DNA of 64,000 nucleotides from Eledone cirrhosa (taxonomy: Eukaryota), in contig OZ024766.1 of the NCBI GenBank assembly GCA_964016885.1, positions 744,001-808,000 on the forward strand, written 5' to 3'. Positions 28,741 through 43,806 of this stretch are shown one piece after another. Both the position numbers and the translations under genes were made by a program. Every line of letters begins with the position of its first letter. The first letter of the stretch is position 1. Below the pieces are notes generated by a model, which was not told the origin of the DNA, did not search any database, and was given only the letters and a program-made list of their open reading frames with translations.

Positions 28741-30122
28741 TCTTTAATATGCTACTAATACTGTTAATACTGCTGCTACTACAGCTACTATTACCCCTAC
28801 TACTATTACAACACCGCCGCCACCACAGCACACCACCACCACCACTGTCACCCATCTTAAATGTCTCTCACTACACAGTTATTTAATTAACAAACAGGGT
28901 GGTGTTATGTTAGTGCCCTGGGTGGTTCTTGCAAAATGCTGAGGGTGGTGTGACGGTGGTAGTGATGTAGTGGTGGTGGTGGTGGTGGTGGTGGTGGTGA
29001 AGTGTATTATTATGCTTGTGTGTTGTTGTATGATAGGACACCCTGGGGTGGTTCTTTCAAAACAAGCAAGACATGGTCAGCTGACTTGTCTAGCCTCTGA
29101 ATGTGACAAACTGCCTGACCCATTCAAGCATGGAAAAATAGACCTTAACCCTTTAGTTATCTAGCTGGCCAAAACCGGTTCTGGTTCTATGAAATAAAAC
29201 CACCCGTTTTAAATAATTCCAATTTAAATAAAAAATCTTCATCAGTTAATTAAAACTCAGAGAAAAACCAGCCTGCGTGTGGTTTTCTGTTAGCGTATGT
29301 AGTGTGCATATTGATATTATATGCATATAGATATGGTACGTAAATTGAAAAGTAAAATTGTCTTCACTGGCGGCTCAGCTAACAGAGGTAAGTGGTGAGG
29401 GTGTTTGGCTGTTCCACCACATCAGCTTTGCCATCACTCCAGGTAACGCTGCAAGCATTCTGGCTTGCCTAAAAAATTATTAGGTTTTCCGGTGCTGCTC
29501 ATGATATTATCTTTTGTTCTGGCAGCAGTTCATTTGTCCACCCCTTTCGCCTGCCTTTTGTTGCGTGGTCCAAGATGTGTGTATTACTTGCTTGTGCTTT
29601 TTTTTTTTTCCTGTCTCTTTTCTTTTTTTTCTTTGTGTTTGTAAAGTTTTAAAATCATAATTGACAATATGCGCAGAAATTATACGAAGTCTGTTACACT
29701 TTCTTCTGTAATCAGTAGAATAATCCATGATACATTTAAAAAAAGACCATATATTTAAATGGCATTACGACGAAATGTTACGAAAATGATAAAACGAACA
29801 TTAACGGAAGTTGACATTTAAAAGTTTTAACAGAAGTGAATCATTTTATATAAAAATATTTGTTTAATCAAGAGCTAAGAAATTTAGTAGATAAATTACA
29901 TAATGTGCATTCTGGATTTATTCAAAGCAATCCAACTTATTTTAATAACATCATGTAAAATAATTGTTTCTACTGTTGGCACAAGGCCAGCAATTACCCC
30001 AGTGTATTACTGGTACTTTATTTTATCGACCCCGTAAGGATGAAAGGCAAAGTCAACCTTGTAAAATAATAAACTGGACACAGTTTCACAGTTCTTCAAT
30101 CATTATATATTAGATAGAAGGG

Positions 30123-30310
30123 CGGTGGATTGGCAGTATCGGTAGAGGGTCGGACGCCATCATGCTTTGAAGCATAGAGTTATGTCCCTTTATGGACTGA
30201 GTTCAAATCCCGCCGAGGTTAACTTTGCCTTTCATCCTTACGGGGTCGATGAAATAAAGTACCAGTAATGTACTGGGGTATTTGCTGGCCTTGTGCCGAA
30301 AATAGAAACA
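30123..30310 (+). mobile_element. tRNA-derived SINE family B with 21-bp target-site duplication
   Basis: A box tggcagtatcgg and B box gagttcaaatcc, with ctttgcctttcatccttacggggtcgatgaaataaagtaccagt (resembles the Deu/Nin-type domain). Flanked by attatatattagatagaaggg at 30102-30122 and 30311-30331. Other copies at 29960-30060 (-), 47730-47915 and 47930-48075. Confidence 0.8.
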
Positions 30311-30467
30311 ATTATATATTAGATAGAAGGGTATTTCAATAGAAATGTGGTCAGAAAAGGGTTAAACAGTGATGGGGTGTGTGTGTGTGTTGGTATGTAT
30401 ATGTGTGTGTGTGTGAGGGGTGTATATATATATGTGTGTGTATCTCTCAGTATAACTATATATATAT

Positions 30468-30920
30468 GGAGGCACATGGCTTAGTGGTTAGAGCATTGGC
30501 CTTGCAATCGAAAGGTTGTGAGTTCAATTCTCAGACCGGGCGATGTGTTGTTTCCTTGAGCAAGACACTTTATTTCACATTGCTCCAGTTTACTCAGCTG
30601 TAGAAATGAGATGATAGGGACTGGGGTCCCTATCATTCCACTGTAAAGAGGTCGTGGAGGTGCCACGGCAAAAAAGCACCCAGCACTCACTGTAAATGAG
30701 GTTGGTGTTAGGAAGGGCATCCAGCTGTAGAAATGAGATGATAGGACTGGGGTCCCTATCATTCCACTGCAAAGTGGTCGTGGGGGTGCCACGGCAAAAA
30801 AGCACCCAGCACTCACTGTAAATGAGGTTGGTGTTAGGAAGGGCATCCAGCTGTAGAAATCAAGCCAGGATCAGTTCCCGCCCCACCCTTGCAAGCAGGG
30901 AAAAAGGGGACGTAAAATGA
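30468..30920 (+). mobile_element. SINE family A with about 130-bp internal tandem duplication
   Basis: Body duplicated between two cagctgtagaaat microhomologies. Confidence 0.85.
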
Positions 30921-31017
30921 AAAAAATATATATATAGTTCAAAAGGACAAAGAAATGCAAGAGCCAATTGTACAGTTGTGTTAGGTTCACGCTTGGTGAG
31001 AGTGGGGTAGGTGGGGG

Positions 31018-31050
31018 GTTGATGTTTCGGACTTAAGTCCTTTATCAGGA
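31018..31050 (-). ncRNA. Degenerate hammerhead motif, Rab10 intron 1, antisense
   Basis: Reverse strand: CTGATAA-A-GGAC TTAA GTCC-GAAA-CATC (G8-to-A core change). The flank cccacctacccc...ctctc...gcgtgaa is shared with the 33205 copy. Confidence 0.5.
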
Positions 31051-31761
31051 AAGTTGAGAGGGGGGTAAAGAGGGAAGTTAACAAGAAAAACACGAAAAGG
31101 AAGGGAAAATAAAAATAAATAAAAGCAGAAATTTAAAAAAACAAAAGGTGAAAATAAAAGGGTGTACAGGTTCGGGGATGGCAAGGGTGTGGTTAGTGTG
31201 TATAGGGGTGGGTGTGGGGAAGCAGTGGGTGTGTGTGCTGTTATTCACTCCCACCAGTCCAGTCTGGTAAAAACCGATTCTTGGCAGAAATTCTAATATC
31301 CACTTAGTTAACTGACAACCACTATTGTCTGTATGTGTGTATATGTATGTAATTATGTATATATATATGTATGTGTATGTATGTATGTATATATGTGTGT
31401 ATATGTATGAGTATATATGTATGTGTGTGTATATATATATATATGTGTGTGTATATATATATATATGTGTATGTATGTATGTATATATGTGTATGTATGT
31501 ATGTATATATGTGTGTATATGTATGAGTATATATGTATGTGTGTATATATATATATATATATGTATATGTGTATGTCTATATATGTCTGTTTATGTCTGT
31601 ATATATATATATATATGTATGTGTATATATATATATATGTGTGTCTGTTTATGTCTATATATATGTGTGTATATATATATATATATAGGTATATATGTAT
31701 GTGTATATGTATGTGTGTGTATATATGTATGTGTGGGTATATATATATGTGTGTATGTATG

Positions 31762-31797
<36 letters not shown>

Positions 31798-31809
31798 TGT
31801 GTATATATG

Positions 31810-32690
31810 TGTGAGTGTCAATGATCTGAGGTCTGCTCTCACCACCTCCACCCATGTTTTTCATGGTCTACCTCTACTGCATCTTCCACCTCTACTGCGT
31901 CTTCCTTCTACTGGGATTTCCTGGCACTTCTTCACCCATCGGTCATCCTCCATGTACATCACATGTCCATACCACCTCAGTCTTCTCTCCCGCACACTAC
32001 AACTTATCCCTCTTATACCCAGTTTCTCTCTCAACACATCACATGTCCATACCACCTCAGTCTTCTCTCCCGCACACTACAACTTATCCCTCTTATACCC
32101 AGTTTCTCTCTCAACACATCACATGTCCATACCACCTCAGTCTTCTCTCCCGCACACTACAACTTATCCCTCTTATACACAGCTTCTCTCTCAACACATC
32201 ACATGTCCATACCATCTCAGCCTTCTCTCCTGCACACCACAACTTATCCCTCTTATACCCAGCTTCTCTCTCAACACATCACATGTCCATACCATCTCAG
32301 CCTTCTCTCCTGCACACCACAACTTATCCCTCTTATACCCAGTTGCTGGGTCGTCCACGCAGATTGACACTGCACATCCAACGGGGCATACTTGCTTCAT
32401 TTCTCTCCAGCCGTCGCATATCTTCCACAGTTGCTGCCCATGTCTCGCTACCATGCAGCATCGCGCATCTCACACAGGCATCATATAACCGTCCTTTCGT
32501 ACGCCGGGGGAAACCCTTATTTGTCAACAGAGGGAGCAGCTCCCTAAACTTCTTCCGTCCTTATTCTAGATACTATGGCCTCGGAACACCTCCCTCCCAT
32601 GCTAATCTGATCACCTAGGTATTGGAAGCTGTCAACTACTTCTAAAGAACCCACCTGCATTGGAAAAATGAGTCTATCACATCGATTACT
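31810..32690 (-). mobile_element. RTE LINE 3' region with 80-bp internal tandem (about 5 copies)
   Basis: KGRLYDACVRCAMLHGSETWAATVEDMRRLERNEASM..RWMC...LREKLGIRGISCSVRERRLRWYGHVM...GRP. Confidence 0.85.
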
Positions 32691-32725
32691 ACTGCTAGAT
32701 ACACTGCCATATATATATTGGAGCT

Positions 32726-32895
32726 TTAACCCTTTGGCATTTAAACCGGCTGTAACTACTAGCCACTCGTGTTAATGTTAAGGTATTGTTCTCAAAATAA
32801 ATATCAATCTCATAGATTTGATATTATGTAGGACAAATCTTTTACTGTAAAAATATAATAGTAAATATAGAGTAATGTGAATGCTAAAGGGTTAA
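32726..32895 (-). mobile_element. piggyBac-type MITE, unexpanded (single unit)
   Basis: TTAA|CCCTTTGG ... CTAAAGGG|TTAA, 170 bp, carrying one diverged copy of the 72-bp unit sequence. Confidence 0.75.
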
Positions 32896-33019
32896 AATTT
32901 AAAACTGTAAATACATTTATTACAAAATAACGACTGTTATTGATACTGTTGTTCCCCATTAATTTTTACAGGTACTTTGCTAGTATTAATATATATTTTT
33001 TTTCTTTGTTTCTTACCAG

Positions 33020-33080
33020 GAATTGATTTTAAAATAAAAACTGTTGAATTAGGTGGCAAAAAGATAAAGCTTCAGATATG
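33020..33080 (+). CDS. RAB10: Rab10 small GTPase, coding exon 2 (61 nt)
   Basis: Acceptor tttcttaccag| and donor |gtgagt. Encodes (G)[20 protein letters not shown], matching Rab10 [21 protein letters not shown]. Phase 1 to 2. Confidence 0.95.
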
Positions 33081-33204
33081 GTGAGTACAGATGTCATATA
33101 TATACATATATATATAATGAAAAATTGAACAGGGACAGAACAGAGAGGCAGTACGATAAATGTTTATTAAATTCACGCTCAGGAGAGTGGGGGGTAGGTG
33201 GGGG

Positions 33205-33237
33205 ACGACGTTTCGGGCATAAGCCCTTCTTCAGGTG
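33205..33237 (-). ncRNA. Hammerhead ribozyme motif (minimal), Rab10 intron 2, antisense
   Basis: Reverse strand: CAC-CTGAAGA-A-GGGC TTAT GCCC-GAAA-CG-TC-GT. AATAAA about 40 nt downstream on the same strand. Confidence 0.7.
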
Positions 33238-33482
33238 AGAAGTGTGTGGGAACAGAGTTCAAAAGGTGTGTAGGGGAGTGGTGGAAAGACATATAGCGAA
33301 AGGAAACGGTGCGAATGAAAAATTAACAAATAAAGACAAAAATATAATAAATAATAAATAAAAATAAAGCATGATCAAAATACAACAGATTAAAGTTAAA
33401 TATTTGCTCTACGGTTCTTATATATTTGATATATATTTATCCTTATCGAGCCCTCTTTGGATTTTAGTCTTCACATTTATTA

Positions 33483-33533
<51 letters not shown>

Positions 33534-33911
33534 CAAAAGATGGTTAAAAGAGTTCCATGTATTTTATTATGCGCATTTCAAAAACAAATATCATCATGGG
33601 ATGATATTTGCGTTCTCATCAGATAAAATAGGGAGACATGATATGAAGCTTAAAAAACACTTGCGAGCAGTGAAGTTTTAAATCAACATGTGAAAGATAA
33701 AGTAAGATGGATATATGAGGTTGGGAAAAAGGAAAAAGGAAAGGAGTGGGGGAAAGAAAAGGTGAGGAAGGAAGAATATAAAGGATGATGGGGGGGGCAC
33801 AGTATAAGAAGGAAGGGTGAGAGAGAGAGAGAGAGATAGCCTTTAATACTGAGAAACTCTCACAGAAAAATTTAAAAAAACCTCCTACATATATATATAG
33901 AGGTTGTTGTT

Positions 33912-35778
<1,867 letters not shown>

Positions 35779-35910
35779 TATATATATATATTTTGTTATA
35801 CTTTGGGAGGGTCATGTTGCCAATAAGAAACACGTGCACCAATTGCTTTCACTCCAATTTATTATAAATTTCCGGTTGGTTGGTTCCACAACCAGACGAT
35901 TGTTCATATA

Positions 35911-35955
35911 TTGTCAAAGTTCTTTCGTCACACATTCTGTGACCTCTTCAGACAC
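35911..35955 (-). ncRNA. Hammerhead-like motif, Rab10 intron 3, antisense
   Basis: Reverse strand: CTGAAGA-G-GTCAC AGAATGT GTGAC-GAAA-GAACTT. Stem I is weak. The same repeat family occurs at 26290-26660 and 58610-58810. Confidence 0.5.
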
Positions 35956-36081
35956 ACAAAAACAAGATGGTGTAGGTTAGACGTCAATGAAGATGTTGGT
36001 GATGGACGTTAAATGAAGCTGATGATGATGGTGATGGTGATGATATGATGATATATGTGATATGTGTTCTGTCTATTGCAG

Positions 36082-36171
36082 CATGCAAACGAAGATGTTG
36101 AAAAAATGATATTGGGCAACAAATGTGACATGGATGACAAAAGACAGGTGTCTAAAGACCGTGGAGATAGC
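36082..36171 (+). CDS. RAB10: Rab10 coding exon 4 (90 nt)
   Basis: ctattgcag| ... |gtaagt. Encodes [30 protein letters not shown] (G4 NKCD). Confidence 0.96.
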
Positions 36172-36234
36172 GTAAGTAGTCACAGACTTATACTATAACA
36201 CCTCACACATATATTTACTATAACAGCCCATATA

Positions 36235-36633
36235 TACAAGGGCAATTCCAAAAGTAAGGTCTCCTTCCGATATTGCAACTTTTCCATTAAAATCCTGTGG
36301 ATGGTGCTTCGGGAAACCTCAGGAACCAAAATGCGGAGAGCATCCAGAGTGATCCGCCGATCTTTACGCATGTTTTCCTCGGAAGGAGTCCTTACTTTTG
36401 GGATTGCCCTCGTATATAATAACTGCGCGAAATTCACACTTGGCTGCGGTAGCGTTCAACGGGAGCTCCATTCTCAACGGCTGCCAAGCCAAGATTGAGC
36501 ATCCCAAACAAGCGCGCACGCTTGTTTGGGAGTGAAGGAAGCACCAATCACAACAGTGTTGCCAACAGCTGTACGAACAGTTTCTCTGCGTCCCCATCGC
36601 TTTGGAGACCTTACTTTTGGGATTGCCCTCGTA
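36235..36633 (-). mobile_element. Internally deleted mariner transposon, Rab10 intron 4
   Basis: TA|CGAGGGCAATCCCAAAAGTAAGGTCTCC-type TIRs at both ends plus a third copy at about 36384-36414. Transposase remnants MELPLNATAAKCEFRAVI and DRRITLDALRILVPEVSRSTIHRILMEKLQYRK. Confidence 0.8.
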
Positions 36634-36961
36634 TATAGTAGTAGTTGCACAACAGTTAGTTTCACCATTAGAGAACAATTGTTTCACCCTACTCAGAATA
36701 TCAAGTCGGTCTATGAGCTGATGATCTGAATAAGATGAAACAACTGTTCTTGGTATGGTGAAGAACTGTTGTGGAACGACTTCTACCAAACTTGTCCCAT
36801 GGACTGAGTCCTCTACTACTACGGATATTATCTTCCAGTGTTCTACCATTATATATGTGTGTGTATGTATGTATGTAAAAGGTAAACAGAAATAACACCA
36901 CAATCGGTCCAGTGTATGGAAGGTTTATATTAGGTTAACGCTTGATATAGCAGGAAGAGGG

Positions 36962-36997
36962 TCTTAACGTTTCGGACGCTAGTCCTTCATCAGAAGA
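36962..36997 (-). ncRNA. Hammerhead ribozyme motif (minimal), Rab10 intron 4, antisense
   Basis: Reverse strand: TCTT-CTGATGA-A-GGAC TAGC GTCC-GAAA-CG-TT-AAGA. Intact core with stems I and II. Confidence 0.75.
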
Positions 36998-37060
36998 AAG
37001 GATGAGAAATAAAATAGATTGAGGGGACGGGCGGGGTTGGAATTGGAATTATGTGTTAGT

Positions 37061-38482
37061 TTAACCCTTTCGCATTCACATTACTCTATATATACTATTG
37101 TATATATAGAGTAGTGTAAATGTTATGTGAGATATTATGTGAGGTAAAACCTTTACTGTGACAATACAATAGTATATATAGAGTAATGTAAATGTTATGT
37201 GAGATATTATGTGAGGTAAAGCCTTTACTGTGACAATACAATAGTATATATAGAGTAATGTAAATGTTATGTGAGATATTATGTGAGGTAAAGCCTTTAC
37301 TGTGACAATACAATAGTATATATAGAGTAATGTAAATGTTGTGAGATATTATGTGAGGTAAAGCCTTTACTGTGAAAATACAATAGTATATATAGAGTAA
37401 TGTAAATGTTATGTGAGATATTATGTGAGGTAAAGCCTTTACTGTGACAATACAATAGTATATATAGAGTAATGTAAATGTTGTGAGATATTATGTGAGG
37501 TAAAGCCTTTACTGTGAAAATACAATAGTATATATAGAGTAATGTAAATGTTGTGAGATATTATGTGAGGTAAAACCTTTACTGTGAAAATACAATAGTA
37601 TATATAGAGTAATGTAAATGTTATGTGAGATATTATGTGAGGTAAAGCCTTTACTGTGACAATACAATAGTATATATAGAGTAATGTAAATGTTATGTGA
37701 GATATTATGTGAGGTAAAGCCTTTACTGTGACAATACAATAGTATATATAGAGTAATGTAAATGTTATGTGAGGTAAAGCCTTTACTGTGACAATACAAT
37801 AGTATATATAGAGTAATGTAAATGTTATGTGAGATATTATGTGAGATAAAGCCTTTACTGTGAAAATAGAATAGTATATATAGAGTAATGTAAATGTTAT
37901 GTGAGGTATTATGTAAGGTAAAGCCTTTACTGTGAAAATACAATAGTATATATAGAGTAATGTAAATGTTATGTGAGGTATTATGTAAGGTAAAGTCTTT
38001 ACTGTGAAAATACAATAGTATATATAGAGTAATGTAAATGTTGTGAGATATTATGTGAGGTAAAACCTTTACTGTGAAAATACAATAGTATATATAGAGT
38101 AATGTAAATGTTGTGAGATATTATGTGAGGTAAAGCCTTTACTGTGACAATACAATAGTATATATAGAGTAATGTAAATGTTATGTGAGATATTATGTGA
38201 GGTAAAGCCTTTACTGTGACAATACAATAGTATATATAGAGTAATGTAAATGTTATGTGAGATATTATGTGAGGTAAAGCCTTTACTGTGAAAATAGAAT
38301 AGTATATATAGAGTAATGTAAATGTTATGTGAGATATTATGTGAGGTAAAGCCTTTACTGTGGAAATACAATAGTATATATAGAGTAATGTAAATGTTAT
38401 GTGAGATATTATGTGAGGTAAAGCCTTTACTGTGGAAATACAATAGTATATATATAGCGTAATGTAAATGCTAAAGAGTTAA
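37061..38482. mobile_element. piggyBac-type MITE with 72-bp array (about 19 copies) and two identical-type ends
   Basis: TTAACCCTTTCGCATTCACATTACTCT..., strand switch at about 37100, ending ...AATGCTAAAGAGTTAA. Confidence 0.75.
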
Positions 38483-38908
38483 GTGGTATTTCTGTAGTCG
38501 GGGAGATAACTGAATTAGTTGGGACTGAGAAAATTGAAGGGGAGATAATTATAGGCGTTTATGTCCTTGGATTTCTTTTTTATTTTCATTTTTCTAGATT
38601 TTATTTGTTATTGTTGTTGTTTTTGTTGACTTTAGCCCTGAGCTGTGTGTGATCTAACGGACCTACATTTAGACAATCCAATCGTGCCCATCCTGTCTTT
38701 TTAACCCAATATTACATTATCCAATAGCTTAAGAAGAATTTTGCTGTGTACGGATGGCCTTTTTAGTGATGATGGTGGTTGTTCAGCCTTAGTCAATCTT
38801 TATCCAGTAGACCTTTGATATGATCAAAGATATTCCAGTTGTGACCATCCTGCCTTATATTCAGACATAATGTATCTAGGACTATAATCTGTCCCCTTTT
38901 TATTTCAG

Positions 38909-39010
38909 ATTGCTCGAGAACATTCAATCCCCTTCTTAGAAACCAGTGCAAAAGCTAACATTAATGTAGAACAAGCGTTTATGGATTTAGCTCAGGCAAT
39001 TTTGAATAAG
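38909..39010 (+). CDS. RAB10: Rab10 coding exon 5 (102 nt)
   Basis: ttttatttcag| ... |gtaagc. Encodes [34 protein letters not shown] (G5 ETSAK). Confidence 0.96.
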
Positions 39011-39044
39011 GTAAGCTGTCTTGTTGTTGTTACTGTTGTTTGGT

Positions 39045-39900
39045 TGTAGGGTGTCTGTGTGTGACAAGGGTGGTAAATGTAGAGGGTAGATTGTAGGGTG
39101 TTTGTGTGAGACATGGGTGGTAAATGTAGAGGGTAGATTGTAGGGTGGTAAATGTAGAGGGTAGATTGTAGGGTATCTGTGAGACATGGGTGGTAAATGT
39201 AGAGGGTAGATTGTAGGGTGTCTGTGTGAAACATGGGTGGTAAATGTAGAGGGTAGATTGTAGGGTGTCTGTGTGAGACATGGGTAGTAAATGTAGAGGG
39301 TAGATTGTAGGGTGTCTGTGTGAGACATGGGTAGTAAATGTAAAGGGTAGATTGTAGGGTGTCTGTGTGAGACAAGGGTAGTAAATGTAGAGGGTAGATT
39401 GTAGGGTGTCTGTGTGAGACAAGGGTGGTAAATGTAGAGGGTAGACTGTAGGGTGTCTGTGTGAGACAAGGGTGGTAAATGTAGAGGGTAGATTGTAGGG
39501 TGTCTGTGTGAGACAAGGGTGGTAAATGTAGAGGGTAGATTGTAGGGTGTCTGTGTGAGACAAGGGTGGTAAATGTAGGGTGTCTGTGTGAGACAAGGGT
39601 GGTAAATGTAGAGGGTAGATTGTAGGGTGTCTGTGTGAGACAAGGGTGGTAAATGTAGAGGGTAGATTGTAGGGTGTCTGTGTGAGACAAGGGTGGTAAA
39701 TGTAGAGGGTAGATTGTAGGGTGTCTGTGTGAGACAAGGGTGGTAAATGTAGAGGGTAGATTGTAGGGTGTCTGTGTGAGACAAGGGTGGTAAATGTAGA
39801 GGGTAGATTGTAGGGTGTCTGTGTGAGACAAGGGTGGTAAATGTAGAGGGTAGATTGTAGGGTGTCTGTGTGAGACAAAGGTGGTAAATGTAGAGGGTAT
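39045..39900. repeat. 47-bp G-rich minisatellite (about 18 copies), Rab10 intron 5
   Basis: Unit tgtagggtgtctgtgtgagacaagggtggtaaatgtagagggtagat. Confidence 0.95.
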
Positions 39901-39944
39901 ACAGTGGTTCGAGAAAAATGAAGCAAGCATGTGTGTACTGCACA

Positions 39945-39976
<32 letters not shown>

Positions 39977-39978
<2 letters not shown>

Positions 39979-40150
39979 AGGCACATGGCTTAGTGGTTAG
40001 AGCATTGGCCTTGCAATCGAAAGGTTGTGAGTTCAATTCTCAGACCGGGTGATGTGTTGTTTCCTTGAGCAAGACACTTTATTACACATTGCTCCAGTTT
40101 ACTCAGCTGTAGAAATGAGATGATAGGGACTGGGGTCCCTATCATCTCAT
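39977..40150 (+). mobile_element. SINE A 5' half ending in an extended palindrome
   Basis: Ends atgagatgatagggac-tggg-gtccctatcatctcat. Confidence 0.85.
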
Positions 40151-40681
40151 ATATATATATACACACACACACTACACACTGTCCCCTATATATACACTAT
40201 ATATATACACACACTCTCTACACTATATATATACACACAACTACACACTCTACACTATATATACACTACACACACACACTCTGCCCTATATATACACTAC
40301 ACACTACACACACTACACACTCTACACTCTACACACACTATATACACTCTATTCTATTGCAGACCCCCAGCACTACACTCTCCCCTATATATACACTATA
40401 TACACACACACACTCTACACTATATATACACCCTATATATACCCTATATATACCCTATATACACCCTATATACCCTATATACACCCTATATATACCCTAT
40501 ATACACTCTATTCTATTGCAGACCCCCAACACTACACACACTCCCCTATATATACCCTATATACACTATATACCCTATATACACTCTATTCTATTGCAGA
40601 CCCCCAACACTACACACACTCCCCTATATATACCCTATATACACCCTATATATACCCTATATACACTCTATTCTATTGCAG

Positions 40682-40759
40682 ACCCCCAACAAAGACTCTG
40701 AACCTCGAGGTATTGATGTCCACAAACAAGAAGGAAGTAGTCGAAAATGCTGTCTGTAA
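40682..40759 (+). CDS. RAB10: Rab10 terminal coding exon 6
   Basis: ctattctattgcag| then TPNKDSEPRGIDVHKQEGSSRKCCL* with a C-terminal CC geranylgeranylation motif. Phase 0 matches exon 5. Confidence 0.9.
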   Translation, partial: TPNKDSEPRGIDVHKQEGSSRKCCL

Positions 40760-40924
40760 CCCATCACTGCGCCACCCCCACCTCACCCCCACCCCCTGGC
40801 TCCCGCCCCCCTTGAAACACATGTCCCCCACCCCCCTATATCTGTCTGTATCTACTCCCCTTCTATCTCGCTTTCTTTTCTCTGTCCTTCACTCCCCCTT
40901 CCCCCCACTATCTCCCTTTTTCTG

Positions 40925-41177
40925 TCATATATATATATATATGTATGTATGTATATATATATATAGATATATGTAGGTATATATATATATATATATAGGT
41001 ATATATATGTATAGATATGTATATGTATGTATGTATATATATGTATGTATATGTATGTATATATATATATAGATATATGTAGGTATATATATATATATAT
41101 GTAGGTATATATATGTATAGATATGTATATGTATGTATGTATATATATGTAGGTATATATATGTATATATATGTAGG

Positions 41178-41274
<97 letters not shown>

Positions 41275-42066
41275 GTAGGTATATATATGTATGTATATAT
41301 ATGTATATGTATGTATATATATGTAGGTATATATATATATATATGTATAGATATGTATATATATGTATGTATGTATATATATGTATGTGTATATATGTAT
41401 GTGTATATATGTGTATGTATATATGTGTATGTATATATGTGTATGTATATATGTAGGTATGTATATATGTAGGTATGTATATATGTATATATGTAGGTAT
41501 GTATATATGTATGTATATGTATGTATATATGTATGTATATATGTAGGTATGTATGTATATATATGTATGTATATATGTATGTATGTATATATAGATATAT
41601 ATATAGATATGTATATATAGATGTGTATATATATAGATATATATATCTATATGTATATATAGACATGTATATGTAGATATATAGATATGTATATATAGAT
41701 ATGTATATATAGATATGTATATATAGATATATATAGATATGTATATATAGATATATATAGATATGTATATATAGATATATATAGATATGTATATATAGAT
41801 ATGTATATAGATATGTATATATAGATATATATAGATATGTATATATAGATATATATATAGATATGTATATATAGATATGTATATAGATATGTATATATAG
41901 ATATGTATATAGATATGTATATATAGATATGTATATAGATATGTATATATAGACATCTATATAGATATATAGATATAGATATCTATATATACATATCTAT
42001 ATATAGATATATATATAGATATATATATATATATATATATATAGATATATATACATATCTATATAT

Positions 42067-42125
<59 letters not shown>

Positions 42126-42160
42126 TATATATACATATCTATATATAGATATATATATAG

Positions 42161-42191
<31 letters not shown>

Positions 42192-42228
42192 GATATATAT
42201 ACATATCTATATATAGATATATATATAG

Positions 42229-42267
<39 letters not shown>

Positions 42268-42379
42268 TATATATATAGATATGTATATATATATATATAT
42301 ATATATAGATATATATATATATATATAGATATATATAGATATATATATATATATATATATAGATATATATATACATATC

Positions 42380-42413
<34 letters not shown>

Positions 42414-43075
42414 GATATATATATATATATATATATAGATATATATATATATATATATCTATGTATAACTTTTCCCCCTCTCTTTCACTCCTCTGCTTTC
42501 TCTCTTTCTCTCGCTTCTAAATCCCTCCCTCTATCCTGATCTACCTTGCTCTCTCTCTCTCTCTATATATATATTTTACATCCTCTCATTCCTCCCCCCA
42601 CTCCCCACGCCACCTCCTCCCCCCGCGCCACTCTTTCCTCTTCCCTTTCTAGTGATTGGTTTATATTCTCTACATACATGCTGTCAGTAGAGAGAGGGGG
42701 AGAAGGACTATGATGTGTATATACATGTATACATACATGTATATATATTTATATATGTATATATATTTATATATGTATATATATTTATATATGTATATAT
42801 ATTTATATATGTATATATATGTACATATATATATATATATGTACATGTATATATATATATGTACATGTATATATATATATGTACATATATATATATATAT
42901 ATATGTACATATATGTATATATATATATAAATGTATATACATTTATATGTATATATGTGTATATTCATTTATATATATATGTATGTACATGTATATATAT
43001 GTATATATATATATACATGTGTATATATATATATATATAAATGTGTATATACATTTATTTATATATATATATGTG

Positions 43076-43106
<31 letters not shown>

Positions 43107-43183
43107 ATATATATATATATGTATATGTATATACATGTATGTATATATATGTATATATATATATATGTATATGTATATACATG

Positions 43184-43215
<32 letters not shown>

Positions 43216-43411
43216 ATGTATATACATGTATGTATATATATATATGTATATATATATATGTATATGTATATACATGTATATATGTATATGTATATACATG
43301 TATATATGTATATGTATATACATGTATGTATGTATATGTATATATATGTATATGTATATACATGTATGTATGTATATATATGTATATGTATATACATGTA
43401 TGTATGTATAT

Positions 43412-43451
<40 letters not shown>

Positions 43452-43770
43452 GTGTATATGTATATGTATGTATATATATGTGTATATGTATATGTATGTA
43501 TATATATGTATATACATATATATATATATATGATTATATGTATGTATGATTGAGTATAGATATATGTCTATATATATATGTGTGTGTATGATTATATACA
43601 TATATATACATATATATATGTGTGTGTGTGTATGTATATGTGTGTGTATATAATCATACATACATTATATGTATATATATAAACTATAACTGATGGTGAC
43701 TGATGACATTAACCTAAGGTGATGAAGAAATGTCGTCAATGACAGCGAACGATGATGATGGTGATGTGTG

Positions 43771-43806
<36 letters not shown>

